Source: a virus (taxonomy: Duplodnaviria; Heunggongvirae; Uroviricota; Caudoviricetes). Taken from it: a stretch of DNA of 19,594 nucleotides. The stretch covers positions 165,573 through 185,166 of IMG/VR virus record IMGVR_UViG_3300017707_001811. The stretch is one strand, 5' to 3'. Both the position numbers and the translations under genes were made by a program. Below are positions 8,199-16,571 of this stretch, one piece after another. The number at the start of each line of letters is the position of its first letter. Positions within the stretch are counted from its first letter, which is position 1. The notes below the pieces were generated by a model, which made no database searches, was not told the DNA's origin, and saw only the letters and a list, made by a program, of their open reading frames with translations.

Positions 8199-9284
8199 AT
8201 GTCAAAAAAATTTATATTAACTGAGTCTGAAAAAAATGAAATTAAAAAACTTTATGGTTTATTAACCGAAGTTGCAAAATCGATAGTGGCCTCAACAAGT
8301 CCCGAAAGAATGCCAAATTTTATTGGTAAAGGTAATAAAAATTCAACATTTGGATTGAAAGGAGACGCTAAACAAGAAAATTTTTATTTTAAAAGTACTA
8401 TAGGAGACTTGGTTTCAAAAAGTACAGGTGATACCAAATTGTTTTTATCAGGATTTCAGCCAGCATCAGATGCTGGACAGTATGTTGACTATGTGAAGGT
8501 CGGAACATCAGAACTAACTAATAAAGGTAGTATTAGTTTTGATTTAGGTAAATTACCAGTGGAAACTGAAGTTATTGCAACACATAATGGTTTATTAGTG
8601 TTAAGAAGAATGATGGACCAACTAAACGGGTCGAAAAATGGAAAAGTAACCTTATCAATGTCCGCAGAACAAAGAGCTTCAGGACAAAAAACGTTTGACT
8701 TGAATAATATTTCTTCAAGAATTCCCCCAAATTTAGCAACAATCGCAAGTGCGTTGTCTGTATTATTAATACCTGAAGCACAAAGAGCGAATATTAAAGA
8801 TGGTTATGCTATAGACAATTTTGTTGGTAAAACGAATGAACAAATTATACAAGCAATTAATACAACATTAAAAAGAGGTTTAGTTGGTGTGTTTCTAACA
8901 CCTGAGGATAGTGCAAATATTGATAAAATAATAAGTGATAAGAAATTAGTTACAACATTAGATTTATCAGTTTTTGAATCGATGTATGGTAAAGGGACTT
9001 TAGATAAAACAGGAGGTTCCATCACTGAAGCACAAATTAATTCCGTTTGGAACTCATTTAAAAAATCATATAAAGATACTTTAATAAGTAATTTTACAGC
9101 TTATCTCGACAACGAATTTAAATACTTGGCAAACAATCTTAGTAAAATTATGGAAGGATTGAGCATTTCAACTCTATGGTATATGTATACAAAACTAAGA
9201 GACACTAGTACTTTAGGACCTAAATCAGGAGTCCAAACAAGTACCAAAACTCAAACTAGCCAGACGTATCAGATGGGTAAGTAA
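8199..9284 (+). CDS. Hypothetical protein (361 aa) with MSKKFILTESE...LLTE leader
   Basis: Long ORF with two L-T-E motifs in the first 24 residues. The remainder has no recognisable catalytic motif. Confidence 0.8.
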   Translation: MSKKFILTESEKNEIKKLYGLLTEVAKSIVASTSPERMPNFIGKGNKNSTFGLKGDAKQENFYFKSTIGDLVSKSTGDTKLFLSGFQPASDAGQYVDYVKVGTSELTNKGSISFDLGKLPVETEVIATHNGLLVLRRMMDQLNGSKNGKVTLSMSAEQRASGQKTFDLNNISSRIPPNLATIASALSVLLIPEAQRANIKDGYAIDNFVGKTNEQIIQAINTTLKRGLVGVFLTPEDSANIDKIISDKKLVTTLDLSVFESMYGKGTLDKTGGSITEAQINSVWNSFKKSYKDTLISNFTAYLDNEFKYLANNLSKIMEGLSISTLWYMYTKLRDTSTLGPKSGVQTSTKTQTSQTYQMGK

Positions 9285-9692
9285 TTATTCGTAAATTTCA
9301 ACAATTTTGTAGTCAACCCAAATATGTTCTTCAAAACTAACATATTTGACACCATCAACAATAATTAAGTCATCCATATAAGTGATAGATGTATCACCAA
9401 CAGACGGAATGAGTTCCTTGTAGATAATTAAAGAAGGCTCAACAACATAAGATGTGTCGATGTATACATCAATCACTCGCTCAGAAGTTTCAACTGAGGA
9501 AGTGTCAACCTGAAAATTAACACCCTCAAACAGATGAACTTCTTCTTCGGTCATCTGACCAAAGGTATCGTTGAATACCTTTTCATAAATCTTTCTTTCT
9601 TGTCGTTTTGTAATACGAGTTCCATCTGTAAGCTCAACAGTTTTACAAGAGTAAACCAAAAAAGACAATAAGATTAAAGAAATGTATTTCAT
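9285..9692 (-). CDS. Putative lipoprotein (135 aa)
   Basis: MKYISLILLSFLVYS-C16 lipobox-type signal and an acidic mature region. Its stop abuts the stop of the convergent gene (TAATTA). Confidence 0.7.
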   Translation of the reverse strand: MKYISLILLSFLVYSCKTVELTDGTRITKRQERKIYEKVFNDTFGQMTEEEVHLFEGVNFQVDTSSVETSERVIDVYIDTSYVVEPSLIIYKELIPSVGDTSITYMDDLIIVDGVKYVSFEEHIWVDYKIVEIYE

Positions 9693-9709
9693 GTTTTTAA
9701 TATTTACAA

Positions 9710-9740
9710 CAAATTTACGGAAACTTATTCATTCCCACAA
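9710..9740 (-). promoter_or_regulatory. Bacteroidota-type housekeeping promoter (TTG-N20-TAnnTTTG)
   Basis: Minus strand reads TTG (9740-9738), 20 nt, TAAATTTG (9717-9710), 17 nt upstream of the lipoprotein ATG. Matches the -33/-7 consensus of the Bacteroidota primary sigma factor. Confidence 0.55.
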
Positions 9741-9765
9741 GCATTTTCAAAAATTTTTTTCATAC

Positions 9766-9773
9766 TATTTATA
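9766..9773 (+). promoter_or_regulatory. TATTTATA motif upstream of the candidate small RNA
   Basis: Intergenic copy 21 nt before the first hairpin, with no ATG following. Confidence 0.4.
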
Positions 9774-9794
9774 GATAACAAAAATATTAAAAAT

Positions 9795-9865
9795 ACGGGC
9801 TTAGGACCGTTGTGGTTATGCCACATTTAACCTCGGTGAATTCGCTACTCACTGAGGTTTTTATT
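9795..9865 (+). ncRNA. Candidate structured small RNA (three consecutive hairpins, the last terminator-like)
   Basis: GC-rich island in AT-rich intergenic DNA. ACGG(G)C-TTAG-G(A)CCGT at 9795-9810; TGTGG-TTATG-CCACA at 9811-9825; 11-bp stem AACCTCGGTGA/TCACTGAGGTT at 9829-9859 (one G-U pair) followed by a T-tract. Confidence 0.5.
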
Positions 9866-9877
9866 TATAAAAAAGAC

Positions 9878-9885
9878 TATTTATT
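9878..9885 (+). promoter_or_regulatory. TATTTATT motif (second copy TATTTATA at 9862-9869)
   Basis: TATTTAT ends 6 nt before ATG 9891. Confidence 0.5.
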
Positions 9886-9890
9886 ATGAA

Positions 9891-10343
9891 ATGATGTTAA
9901 AAGAAAAAATAATAAAGATACTGAAAGAAAATTTTAGATTAAAGGATAGTTTAATTAAAGAAATGGAAAAATACGGACTATTCAATACTTTAAAATTTAC
10001 AACTATGACTTATACTAAACTATGGAGTATTGTTGGTGATGAGTATTTAAATAGGAATATAAAACAAGAATTCATACAAACTTTTTTTAAAGAATTAGGT
10101 TATGGATTCAGTTTGGGTGAAATTGACAAGGAACCAATTTTTTATGGTGAAAATGAATCAACATATAAAGAAATAGTTTATTTAGGCCCATCTAAAGTTG
10201 CAGTAATTGTTTGGGATAAAGATATATGGCAAGCAGATAACGAGTTTGGTGTAATTTATCATAATTTAAGTGATAATATTATTGATGAAATTTTTGACAT
10301 CGTTACCGAACTTTATGATAATAATAGGTATATAAAAAAATAA
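9891..10343 (+). CDS. Hypothetical protein (150 aa) with LKEKIIKILKEN leader, paralog of 17060..17518
   Basis: Leader motif, plus KYGLF/KHGLF, PIFY/PLYF, EIVYLG/EIQTFG and LSDNIIDEIF/LPDYTLDKLF shared with 17060..17518. Confidence 0.8.
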   Translation: MMLKEKIIKILKENFRLKDSLIKEMEKYGLFNTLKFTTMTYTKLWSIVGDEYLNRNIKQEFIQTFFKELGYGFSLGEIDKEPIFYGENESTYKEIVYLGPSKVAVIVWDKDIWQADNEFGVIYHNLSDNIIDEIFDIVTELYDNNRYIKK

Positions 10344-10360
10344 TTTAAAAAAAAAATATC

Positions 10361-10876
10361 ATGGAAAAATTAGCGGATAAAATATTTGGAATGATTGATA
10401 AGAATAATGATATTTTACACATAGCCAAATTTTTTGGGGGTATTAATGAATTATTAAACATAACAAAAAAATATCCATATCTAAATGCAATAATACAAAC
10501 CAAACTTGGAGGATATCTTTATTGTTCCGCCGCGGATGAGGTAGAGAATATGGTTCCTTTTGAATTACCATTTATAATGACTGAACTTGAAGATGCTGAT
10601 ATAGATGATGTTGAACATTATAATGCGAATGTTAATTTAATTATACCTGAATTGGATAAAGTTAAAGATATGCAGGTTCTATACTCTTGGCTTGAGGACT
10701 ATCTTATGGATATGGGAGCAGAAGTTGGAAGTTTTAATGATGGTAACTTAAATAAAAAAATGATTTGGATTTATGTGACAGAAATAAATGGAGTTAAGCT
10801 CGATTCAATCGCACAAATGTCCGTTAGTGACCAAGAAGTATTATCAATAATACCCGATAATTATATAAAGGATTAA
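10361..10876 (+). CDS. Hypothetical protein (171 aa)
   Basis: ORF in a co-oriented run, acidic, no recognisable motif. Confidence 0.8.
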   Translation: MEKLADKIFGMIDKNNDILHIAKFFGGINELLNITKKYPYLNAIIQTKLGGYLYCSAADEVENMVPFELPFIMTELEDADIDDVEHYNANVNLIIPELDKVKDMQVLYSWLEDYLMDMGAEVGSFNDGNLNKKMIWIYVTEINGVKLDSIAQMSVSDQEVLSIIPDNYIKD

Positions 10877-10877
10877 A

Positions 10878-11138
10878 ATGGGATTAAAAAAAATTATAAC
10901 TAGAATAATTAGAGAAAATATTAATATCTGTAATATTTTAAATGTTAATACTTCTGAAGAACTATTAGATTTATTAAATTCTATTGATATACACAAAGAT
11001 GACGTTGAGAAGGTAGATAAGATTGTTGAAAAAATGAAAAAAGATATGAAAAATTTAAGTTCTAAATACGATATTTTAGACACATATCTTCATGACATAC
11101 AAGACATTATATGTAAAAGAAAATATCCCGATTTTTAA
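10878..11138 (+). CDS. Hypothetical protein (86 aa) with LKKIITRIIREN leader
   Basis: Starts 1 nt after the upstream stop. Leader-type N-terminus and a helical composition. Confidence 0.75.
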   Translation: MGLKKIITRIIRENINICNILNVNTSEELLDLLNSIDIHKDDVEKVDKIVEKMKKDMKNLSSKYDILDTYLHDIQDIICKRKYPDF

Positions 11139-11142
11139 ATAC

Positions 11143-11475
11143 ATGATACTTAACGACAAAATAGTAAATAAAATTGTAAACTCAGATTATATTAAAGAAA
11201 TATATCCGATGCTTGACCATATTGAAACAAAAATGGATTGGGATGGAGACGAAGAATTCCCATTCTATGATTTGGAATTAAATATGTATTTAAATGACCC
11301 TAAAATCAATGAAAATAATATGTATATGAAAGGGTTTGACCCACATTATTTAGTTGATAAACATTTGATGTTTATATTTAAAATGGCAGGTCTTGATAGA
11401 CCATCGGCATACATACATCAAATTTATATTAAAGTAATAGCAAAAAATGGTGATTTGATATATCCTAGACGTTAA
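11143..11475 (+). CDS. Hypothetical protein (110 aa; start revised from 11092)
   Basis: ATG 11143 (MILNDKIVNK) lies 4 nt after the upstream stop and removes a 47-nt overlap. Confidence 0.7.
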   Translation: MILNDKIVNKIVNSDYIKEIYPMLDHIETKMDWDGDEEFPFYDLELNMYLNDPKINENNMYMKGFDPHYLVDKHLMFIFKMAGLDRPSAYIHQIYIKVIAKNGDLIYPRR

Positions 11476-11573
11476 TATAAAATATGGGGTTTTATTTTAG
11501 GATAAATTGATATCTCACTAAATTAATCTGTAATAATATTAAGTTGTGTTTTTTGAGCATACTGCTCATGTTT

Positions 11574-11891
11574 TTAAAAATAATATACGACTATATCTGA
11601 TTGAACGTCAACTGCTCTATAATGAGTACCAGTTTTATCCTCAACCCACTTAGCGATTGACGAAATGGAATCTATATTTTTCAAAGAAAAGAAAGAAGCA
11701 ATTTCTTCCATTAATTTCCTATCAATTGTACACCAATGACTCTTATTATTAAATTTAATCTGAGCATATTCATCTTTATTTGAATTAAGGAAATAACCGT
11801 TTATTCCATACTCCATATAAACAAAATCCTGATTGTCAAGATACTTAAATATTACATTTTCAATTCGAGATTCGGAGATTAGATATTTCAT
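11574..11891 (-). CDS. Hypothetical protein (105 aa) with MKYLISES leader, paralog of 18254..18574
   Basis: Shares MKYLIxES, FKYLDxQxF, EEIxxFFS and WVExK with 18254..18574. TATTTAT lies 7 nt upstream (11899-11905). Confidence 0.8.
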   Translation of the reverse strand: MKYLISESRIENVIFKYLDNQDFVYMEYGINGYFLNSNKDEYAQIKFNNKSHWCTIDRKLMEEIASFFSLKNIDSISSIAKWVEDKTGTHYRAVDVQSDIVVYYF

Positions 11892-11895
11892 TGTA

Positions 11896-12222
11896 TTAAT
11901 AAATACTTAATACGAAAAATTCAACATCCCACTCTGAACCATATTCTTCCATATTCAAACCAAACATGGAATCAATTGTTCTCCAAATTTCTCTTTTTAA
12001 ATCATGACCAATTAAGACTCCCTTATTTGGTTTAAAGTTGCCCTTTAATATTCCTTCGGGGTCAATTAGTATTTGAATGTTGGTTCTTTCAATACGTCTA
12101 TCCTCTGATGCCAACCATACCCCAACCTTTTTGAATTTAACATCAACAACATCATTAAAAGTACTTTTAAGAAATCTTTCAATCGACGAATTGATTTTAC
12201 TTTCAGTAATAAGATATTTCAT
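11896..12222 (-). CDS. Hypothetical protein (108 aa; start revised from 12363) with MKYLITES leader
   Basis: Internal ATG 12222 gives the family leader MKYLITESK, with TATTTAT 5 nt upstream. The listed upstream extension overlaps the divergent gene. Confidence 0.78.
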   Translation of the reverse strand: MKYLITESKINSSIERFLKSTFNDVVDVKFKKVGVWLASEDRRIERTNIQILIDPEGILKGNFKPNKGVLIGHDLKREIWRTIDSMFGLNMEEYGSEWDVEFFVLSIY

Positions 12223-12227
12223 ATAGG

Positions 12228-12240
12228 ATAAATATTTATA
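12228..12240. promoter_or_regulatory. Palindromic divergent TATTTAT pair (ATAAATATTTAT)
   Basis: Perfect 12-bp palindrome at 12228-12239 gives TATTTAT on both strands, between divergent units starting at 12222 (-) and 12291 (+). Confidence 0.5.
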
Positions 12241-12290
12241 GTTATTAAACTTGTGTGTAAAATTAAGAACATAAAAATAAATATTTGATA

Positions 12291-13028
12291 ATGAAAGATA
12301 ATATAACATCAAATTATATTGAGTTAAATATATTAAACAAGATTTTGAATAAAAAATTATCAAATAAATTTGACTGGTTTAAAGGTATTGAATTAACACA
12401 AGTTGGGGTTAATAACAATCAAAATTATCTGTATATGAATGGTGATATCTATCTTGATGAAGATTGGGTAGGTAATCAGTGGAGAAAATATTATGATTAT
12501 AAAGAATTACCTTTTTTTGGTGATAATAGTGATTATACATTTGGTGATTTGATAGGTTCAAGGGATGAATGGATTGATAAATTAAAAGAAATATTTATTT
12601 CAACATTTAATACCATACATGGAGGTAAACCTCCTAAATATTTATCATTTAGTTGGATTAATGTTCATCCTGTTGAAATAGACAAGGATGATTATAATTT
12701 TTTGGAAGAAAACTTTACTAAAATTTTAAAAGAAAATACAAATATTAACTCAAGAGTCAGAAGAAGAATTAATTTACTTGATGATGAGTTATTATATAGA
12801 ATGAGTGCGATTTATAGACCTGATAATATATGTAGATATGTAAGTGGTGAAGAATTATTAGAAGTAATTATAGAGGCGGTAATTGATGCTATGTATTGGA
12901 CTTATTTTAGTGATATGGATGATAATTCAGGAGAGTGGAATGAATCTTATTATTTTATGTATGATTATATGAAAGACAAATATGGTGAAAAAATAAAAGA
13001 ATATTACCACATTAATTGCGGAAATTAA
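12291..13028 (+). CDS. Hypothetical protein (245 aa; ATG start preferred over TTG 12285) with internal leader-like segment
   Basis: Contains LEENFTKILKENT at 12702-12740, resembling the family leader, which suggests two fused modules. Confidence 0.78.
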   Translation: MKDNITSNYIELNILNKILNKKLSNKFDWFKGIELTQVGVNNNQNYLYMNGDIYLDEDWVGNQWRKYYDYKELPFFGDNSDYTFGDLIGSRDEWIDKLKEIFISTFNTIHGGKPPKYLSFSWINVHPVEIDKDDYNFLEENFTKILKENTNINSRVRRRINLLDDELLYRMSAIYRPDNICRYVSGEELLEVIIEAVIDAMYWTYFSDMDDNSGEWNESYYFMYDYMKDKYGEKIKEYYHINCGN

Positions 13029-13029
13029 A

Positions 13030-14235
13030 ATGACAGAAAAATTTAAAAATAAAATAAAAAATATCGTAAATGAGTTAGGGTACTACGAAGCCAAAAAAAT
13101 TATTGGTGTCTCTTTTACTGAATTGGCTGAATTAATTGATGAAAGAATACCTTACGATTTTGCACATGAAATATTAATAGAGAATATTAATAATAAAAAT
13201 ATACCTACAGAATATAAAGAATTTAAAATTCATACTAGTTTTGATGGGGTTCTTTATTGGAGTACAAAAATAAAAACAGGACATTTTTTATCTAATATTA
13301 TAGAACATATTCATTTAGTTGCAACTCCGTTTTGGGACGGAAACGAATATACTCCAGTCGAACTTGATTGGTATGCGCTGTATAATGACGATACAAATAA
13401 AAAAATTGTTGATTTTGGTAGTGACGGTAGTTTCTTTAGAAGAATTGAAGATAGAACGTCATTTAAAAATCTTGATGATTTATTCCAATGGTATAAAGAA
13501 TTCTATTTACCTACAATATATAATATAACAATGAATGACTTCTTACCAAATATCCAACAAGTTGCCGACGATGAGTTAGATGAAAGATTCGGCCCAACTA
13601 ATTTAGAGGAACAAATAAGAAGAATACTAAAAGAAGAAGTTAATAAAAAATTCTTGAAACCAAATGAAAAAACTGAAAAACTTATTTTAGATAGGTTAAA
13701 TAATATTTTTTCAGATATGAATATATATCACGTTGAAAGTTATAAAACAAGACACGATTTTGAGTTTTGTAAAAATGGTAAGGAAATAATGAATTTAGTA
13801 TTGTTTTTTGAAGAAACTAATGACCGAAGACCAACATCTGAAAGAACATTCATAGAGTCAACTTTATTTATACCCAAAGAGTTAGTTAACGATATGTTAA
13901 CCTTTATGCCTATTAGAAAAAATTATCTTCATTACGTAATTGAAGAATGGTTCGAGGATAATTTTTTAAGTAAAATCTCAAATATGATGGGTAGAAATGA
14001 TATATCTGTGGATGAATTATCATTTAGAGATAGTGTTGATGTATGTGTACCACCAATTACTGAAAAACCTGAAGATGTTACCCAAGAGGAGATGATTAAG
14101 GTTATTATGAATAATACACTATGGCGTAAAAAAGATTTAGTTGCGTTAGAAGAAAGAGAACCTGGGTCTATAGAACGGATGTATTTACAAAAACTTCGTA
14201 ATATTGAAATGGATAGATTAAGAAGTAATAGATAA
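13030..14235 (+). CDS. Hypothetical two-module protein (401 aa) with internal TNLEEQIRRILKEE leader
   Basis: Residue 190 onward (nt 13597) reproduces the MNLQExIRxxLKEE leader of the downstream genes, with T in place of M. Confidence 0.8.
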   Translation: MTEKFKNKIKNIVNELGYYEAKKIIGVSFTELAELIDERIPYDFAHEILIENINNKNIPTEYKEFKIHTSFDGVLYWSTKIKTGHFLSNIIEHIHLVATPFWDGNEYTPVELDWYALYNDDTNKKIVDFGSDGSFFRRIEDRTSFKNLDDLFQWYKEFYLPTIYNITMNDFLPNIQQVADDELDERFGPTNLEEQIRRILKEEVNKKFLKPNEKTEKLILDRLNNIFSDMNIYHVESYKTRHDFEFCKNGKEIMNLVLFFEETNDRRPTSERTFIESTLFIPKELVNDMLTFMPIRKNYLHYVIEEWFEDNFLSKISNMMGRNDISVDELSFRDSVDVCVPPITEKPEDVTQEEMIKVIMNNTLWRKKDLVALEEREPGSIERMYLQKLRNIEMDRLRSNR

Positions 14236-14236
14236 T

Positions 14237-14806
14237 ATGAACCTACAAGAACATATAAGAAAAGTATTAAGGGAAGAACTTAATGAAGTTAGAGTTCCAA
14301 GAAGTGAAAGAGTGGAAGTATATAAAGATGATAATATAATTGTTGTTGTTCCATTAACACATAGAGCATTACAAAAATATGCTCACCAATGCCAGTGGTG
14401 TATTAATGATGATATTCATGAGTGGGAAGATTACCATAAAGGTAAACATGCGGTAATAATTCAAAGAAACCCAAAGAAACTAAAAATAGGTATAACAGGA
14501 AATCCAACGGCATCGGAAATATTTTTATTAGCCAAATGGGATAACAATCAATCAAGTTTTGAGGATGTATGCCAGATGTTAGATTATGAATTTAGGAATG
14601 ATAGAACAATGTCTGATTATTATGTAACGATTTCAAACGATATAAATAACTTCGCCACCAACATAGTCTATTATTCACCTGAAACAGGTATCTACGACCA
14701 AGAAGATAATTTCTTATGGAATTTTAATATAGAGATAAATGACATCCCGAATGTAAAACCTAAAGTCATTGAGATAATGGATGATTATTTAACTGAAGAA
14801 GAATGA
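14237..14806 (+). CDS. Hypothetical protein (189 aa) with MNLQEHIRKVLREE leader
   Basis: Leader followed by a YKDDNIIVVVPLTH..LQKYA..CQWCI segment, a type I associate with uncharacterised large-phage proteins (from memory, unverified). Confidence 0.8.
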   Translation: MNLQEHIRKVLREELNEVRVPRSERVEVYKDDNIIVVVPLTHRALQKYAHQCQWCINDDIHEWEDYHKGKHAVIIQRNPKKLKIGITGNPTASEIFLLAKWDNNQSSFEDVCQMLDYEFRNDRTMSDYYVTISNDINNFATNIVYYSPETGIYDQEDNFLWNFNIEINDIPNVKPKVIEIMDDYLTEEE

Positions 14807-14845
14807 ACCTACAAGAACAAATATCAAGAATGCAATCAATGATGG
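14803..14845 (+). repeat. 43-bp exact direct repeat, copy 1 (gene 5' end)
   Basis: ATGAACCTACAAGAACAAATATCAAGAATGCAATCAATGATGG, identical at 15843-15885. Confidence 0.95.
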
Positions 14846-15246
14846 AGGACAATAATACTAGAAGAACTGGTGTTGGGAGAACTATGGATACATTCACATT
14901 TGATGATTTATATGATGAACTTTTAGGGTCAACTTATTTTAAATTTCAAAACTATGATATTTGGTTTGGTGTTAATGGTGAAGAAATAACAGACGAATTA
15001 ACCAATAAAATATTAGATTCACTTATACCTCAAGATAGTTACAGTTCATATGAGAAGTGGAAAAATTCAAAATGGTATAACATAACAGGATTCCCATTTT
15101 CAAGTAAAGATTGGTCAATGGTTAAGAATGGAGATGAACAATTCAAATGGCACTCCACAGGACATAAAAACATGGAAGAACGAATATTCAATTCGTATTT
15201 AGAAAAATATGGGCAATTCATAGTTGTTAATTTAACTGATAATTAA
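14803..15246 (+). CDS. Hypothetical protein (147 aa) with MNLQEQISRMQSMM leader
   Basis: ATGA overlap with the upstream stop. First 43 nt identical to those of 15843..16571. Confidence 0.8.
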   Translation: MNLQEQISRMQSMMEDNNTRRTGVGRTMDTFTFDDLYDELLGSTYFKFQNYDIWFGVNGEEITDELTNKILDSLIPQDSYSSYEKWKNSKWYNITGFPFSSKDWSMVKNGDEQFKWHSTGHKNMEERIFNSYLEKYGQFIVVNLTDN

Positions 15247-15247
15247 T

Positions 15248-15841
15248 ATGAACCTACAAGAAACAATAAGAAAAGTATTAAAGGAAGAAACCAAAAGAAT
15301 TGATGATTTTTTGGACACAATAACAGATGTACACGAAATGTCCGATGAATTAAAAGAATTTGTTAAAAAATTTATTGAAGAATCTGATTGTAAAAGGATA
15401 GATTTCTCAAATTTTAAAATGCCTGTAATGGGAGTGGCGTTAGAAAGTGGGGTTTTAATTAATTCTGAAGTTATTGATTATGATTTAGAATTTTTGTTAT
15501 TTTTAATATTTCATGAAATCGCTCACCAATATCAATTTAAAAAATACGGGGCTGATATTATGTATGATTGTTATATTGGTGACATAACAGAAATAAAAGC
15601 TGCTGAGTTTATGAAAAAAACGGAAGAAGTTGCTGATGAATTCGCGGCAAGGAAAATTAGAGAACTCCAAAAAATAGGTTTGATGGGAGAATATAATCCT
15701 CCACAAATGTACAAAAGTGTCCCAATACAAAAAATAACGAAGATGATTCGTAATTACAGAAATGATATGAAAATAAAAAATATCAATTCACCAATAAAGG
15801 TTAGTGAGTATTTTTATAATGCAGTTAAAAGTGAATTATAA
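15248..15841 (+). CDS. Leader-bearing HExxH zinc metallopeptidase-like protein (ImmA/IrrE-like)
   Basis: MNLQETIRKVLKEE leader, H89-E-I-A-H93, and downstream E126-x-x-A-D-E-F-A typical of ImmA/IrrE-type zincins. Confidence 0.7.
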   Translation: MNLQETIRKVLKEETKRIDDFLDTITDVHEMSDELKEFVKKFIEESDCKRIDFSNFKMPVMGVALESGVLINSEVIDYDLEFLLFLIFHEIAHQYQFKKYGADIMYDCYIGDITEIKAAEFMKKTEEVADEFAARKIRELQKIGLMGEYNPPQMYKSVPIQKITKMIRNYRNDMKIKNINSPIKVSEYFYNAVKSEL

Positions 15842-15842
15842 T

Positions 15843-15885
15843 ATGAACCTACAAGAACAAATATCAAGAATGCAATCAATGATGG
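15843..15885 (+). repeat. 43-bp exact direct repeat, copy 2 (gene 5' end)
   Basis: Identical to 14803-14845. The sequences diverge immediately afterwards. Confidence 0.95.
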
Positions 15886-16571
15886 GATTAAACGAGGTAT
15901 CAAACCCGTATTCAATCACTTGGTTAGAACCTACAAAGGAATATTTTACACAAGAGTTAGAAGAGTTACTTGGAAATCCAATGAGGTTCAGCAAAGATGA
16001 ATTCTTTCACCCACAAAATTATGATTTAATGTATTCCATATTTCCACACACATTCAAAATAATTGCGGAACATGCAAAAGGAAGTGAAGTGGATAATGAA
16101 CAAGAAATTAAAGACATTCTATTAGATAAAGAAATATCTGATTTAATGAATGATTGGGACGATTTTAAACTAGTTCTATTAAAAGATGAACAATCACAAA
16201 TGGAAGGGTTTAATTTGTTTAATAAAGGAAGAATGGAAGAATGGGGAGATGAGAAAATAAACAGTACATTTTATATGGGAAGATTCTCAAAAGTGTTTCC
16301 AAGAATGTTTAAAGATACAACATCATCAGGATTAATTAAACAAATGAAAAATGATGATGGAGAAGTTAACCCGTACCACAAAGGCTATTTTGATAATATA
16401 GAAAATTTAAGAAACAAAAAACATAGAGAACTTCCAGCACCATTTGTAATGAAACTACCAACAGGTGGAAGAGAAGGGAATGAATATACGTTAATTGGTG
16501 GACATAAACGTTCAACAATCGCTAACCAACTAAACGTACCAATATCAGTTTGGTTTATAGAATTATCGTAG
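15843..16571 (+). CDS. Leader-bearing protein with C-terminal ParB/sulfiredoxin-like domain (242 aa; start revised from 15804)
   Basis: ATG 15843, 1 nt after the upstream stop, gives the family leader. The C-terminus LPAPFV...YTLIGGHKR..IANQLNVPISV fits the ParB/Srx P-x-V...L-I-x-G-H-x-R pattern. Confidence 0.6.
   Translation: MNLQEQISRMQSMMGLNEVSNPYSITWLEPTKEYFTQELEELLGNPMRFSKDEFFHPQNYDLMYSIFPHTFKIIAEHAKGSEVDNEQEIKDILLDKEISDLMNDWDDFKLVLLKDEQSQMEGFNLFNKGRMEEWGDEKINSTFYMGRFSKVFPRMFKDTTSSGLIKQMKNDDGEVNPYHKGYFDNIENLRNKKHRELPAPFVMKLPTGGREGNEYTLIGGHKRSTIANQLNVPISVWFIELS

Noticed and set aside
11554-11575. TGAGCA-TAC-TGCTCA hairpin between convergent genes as a terminator
   Set aside because: 6-bp stem with a 3-nt loop and an interrupted T-tract. 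Possible, but too weak to call.
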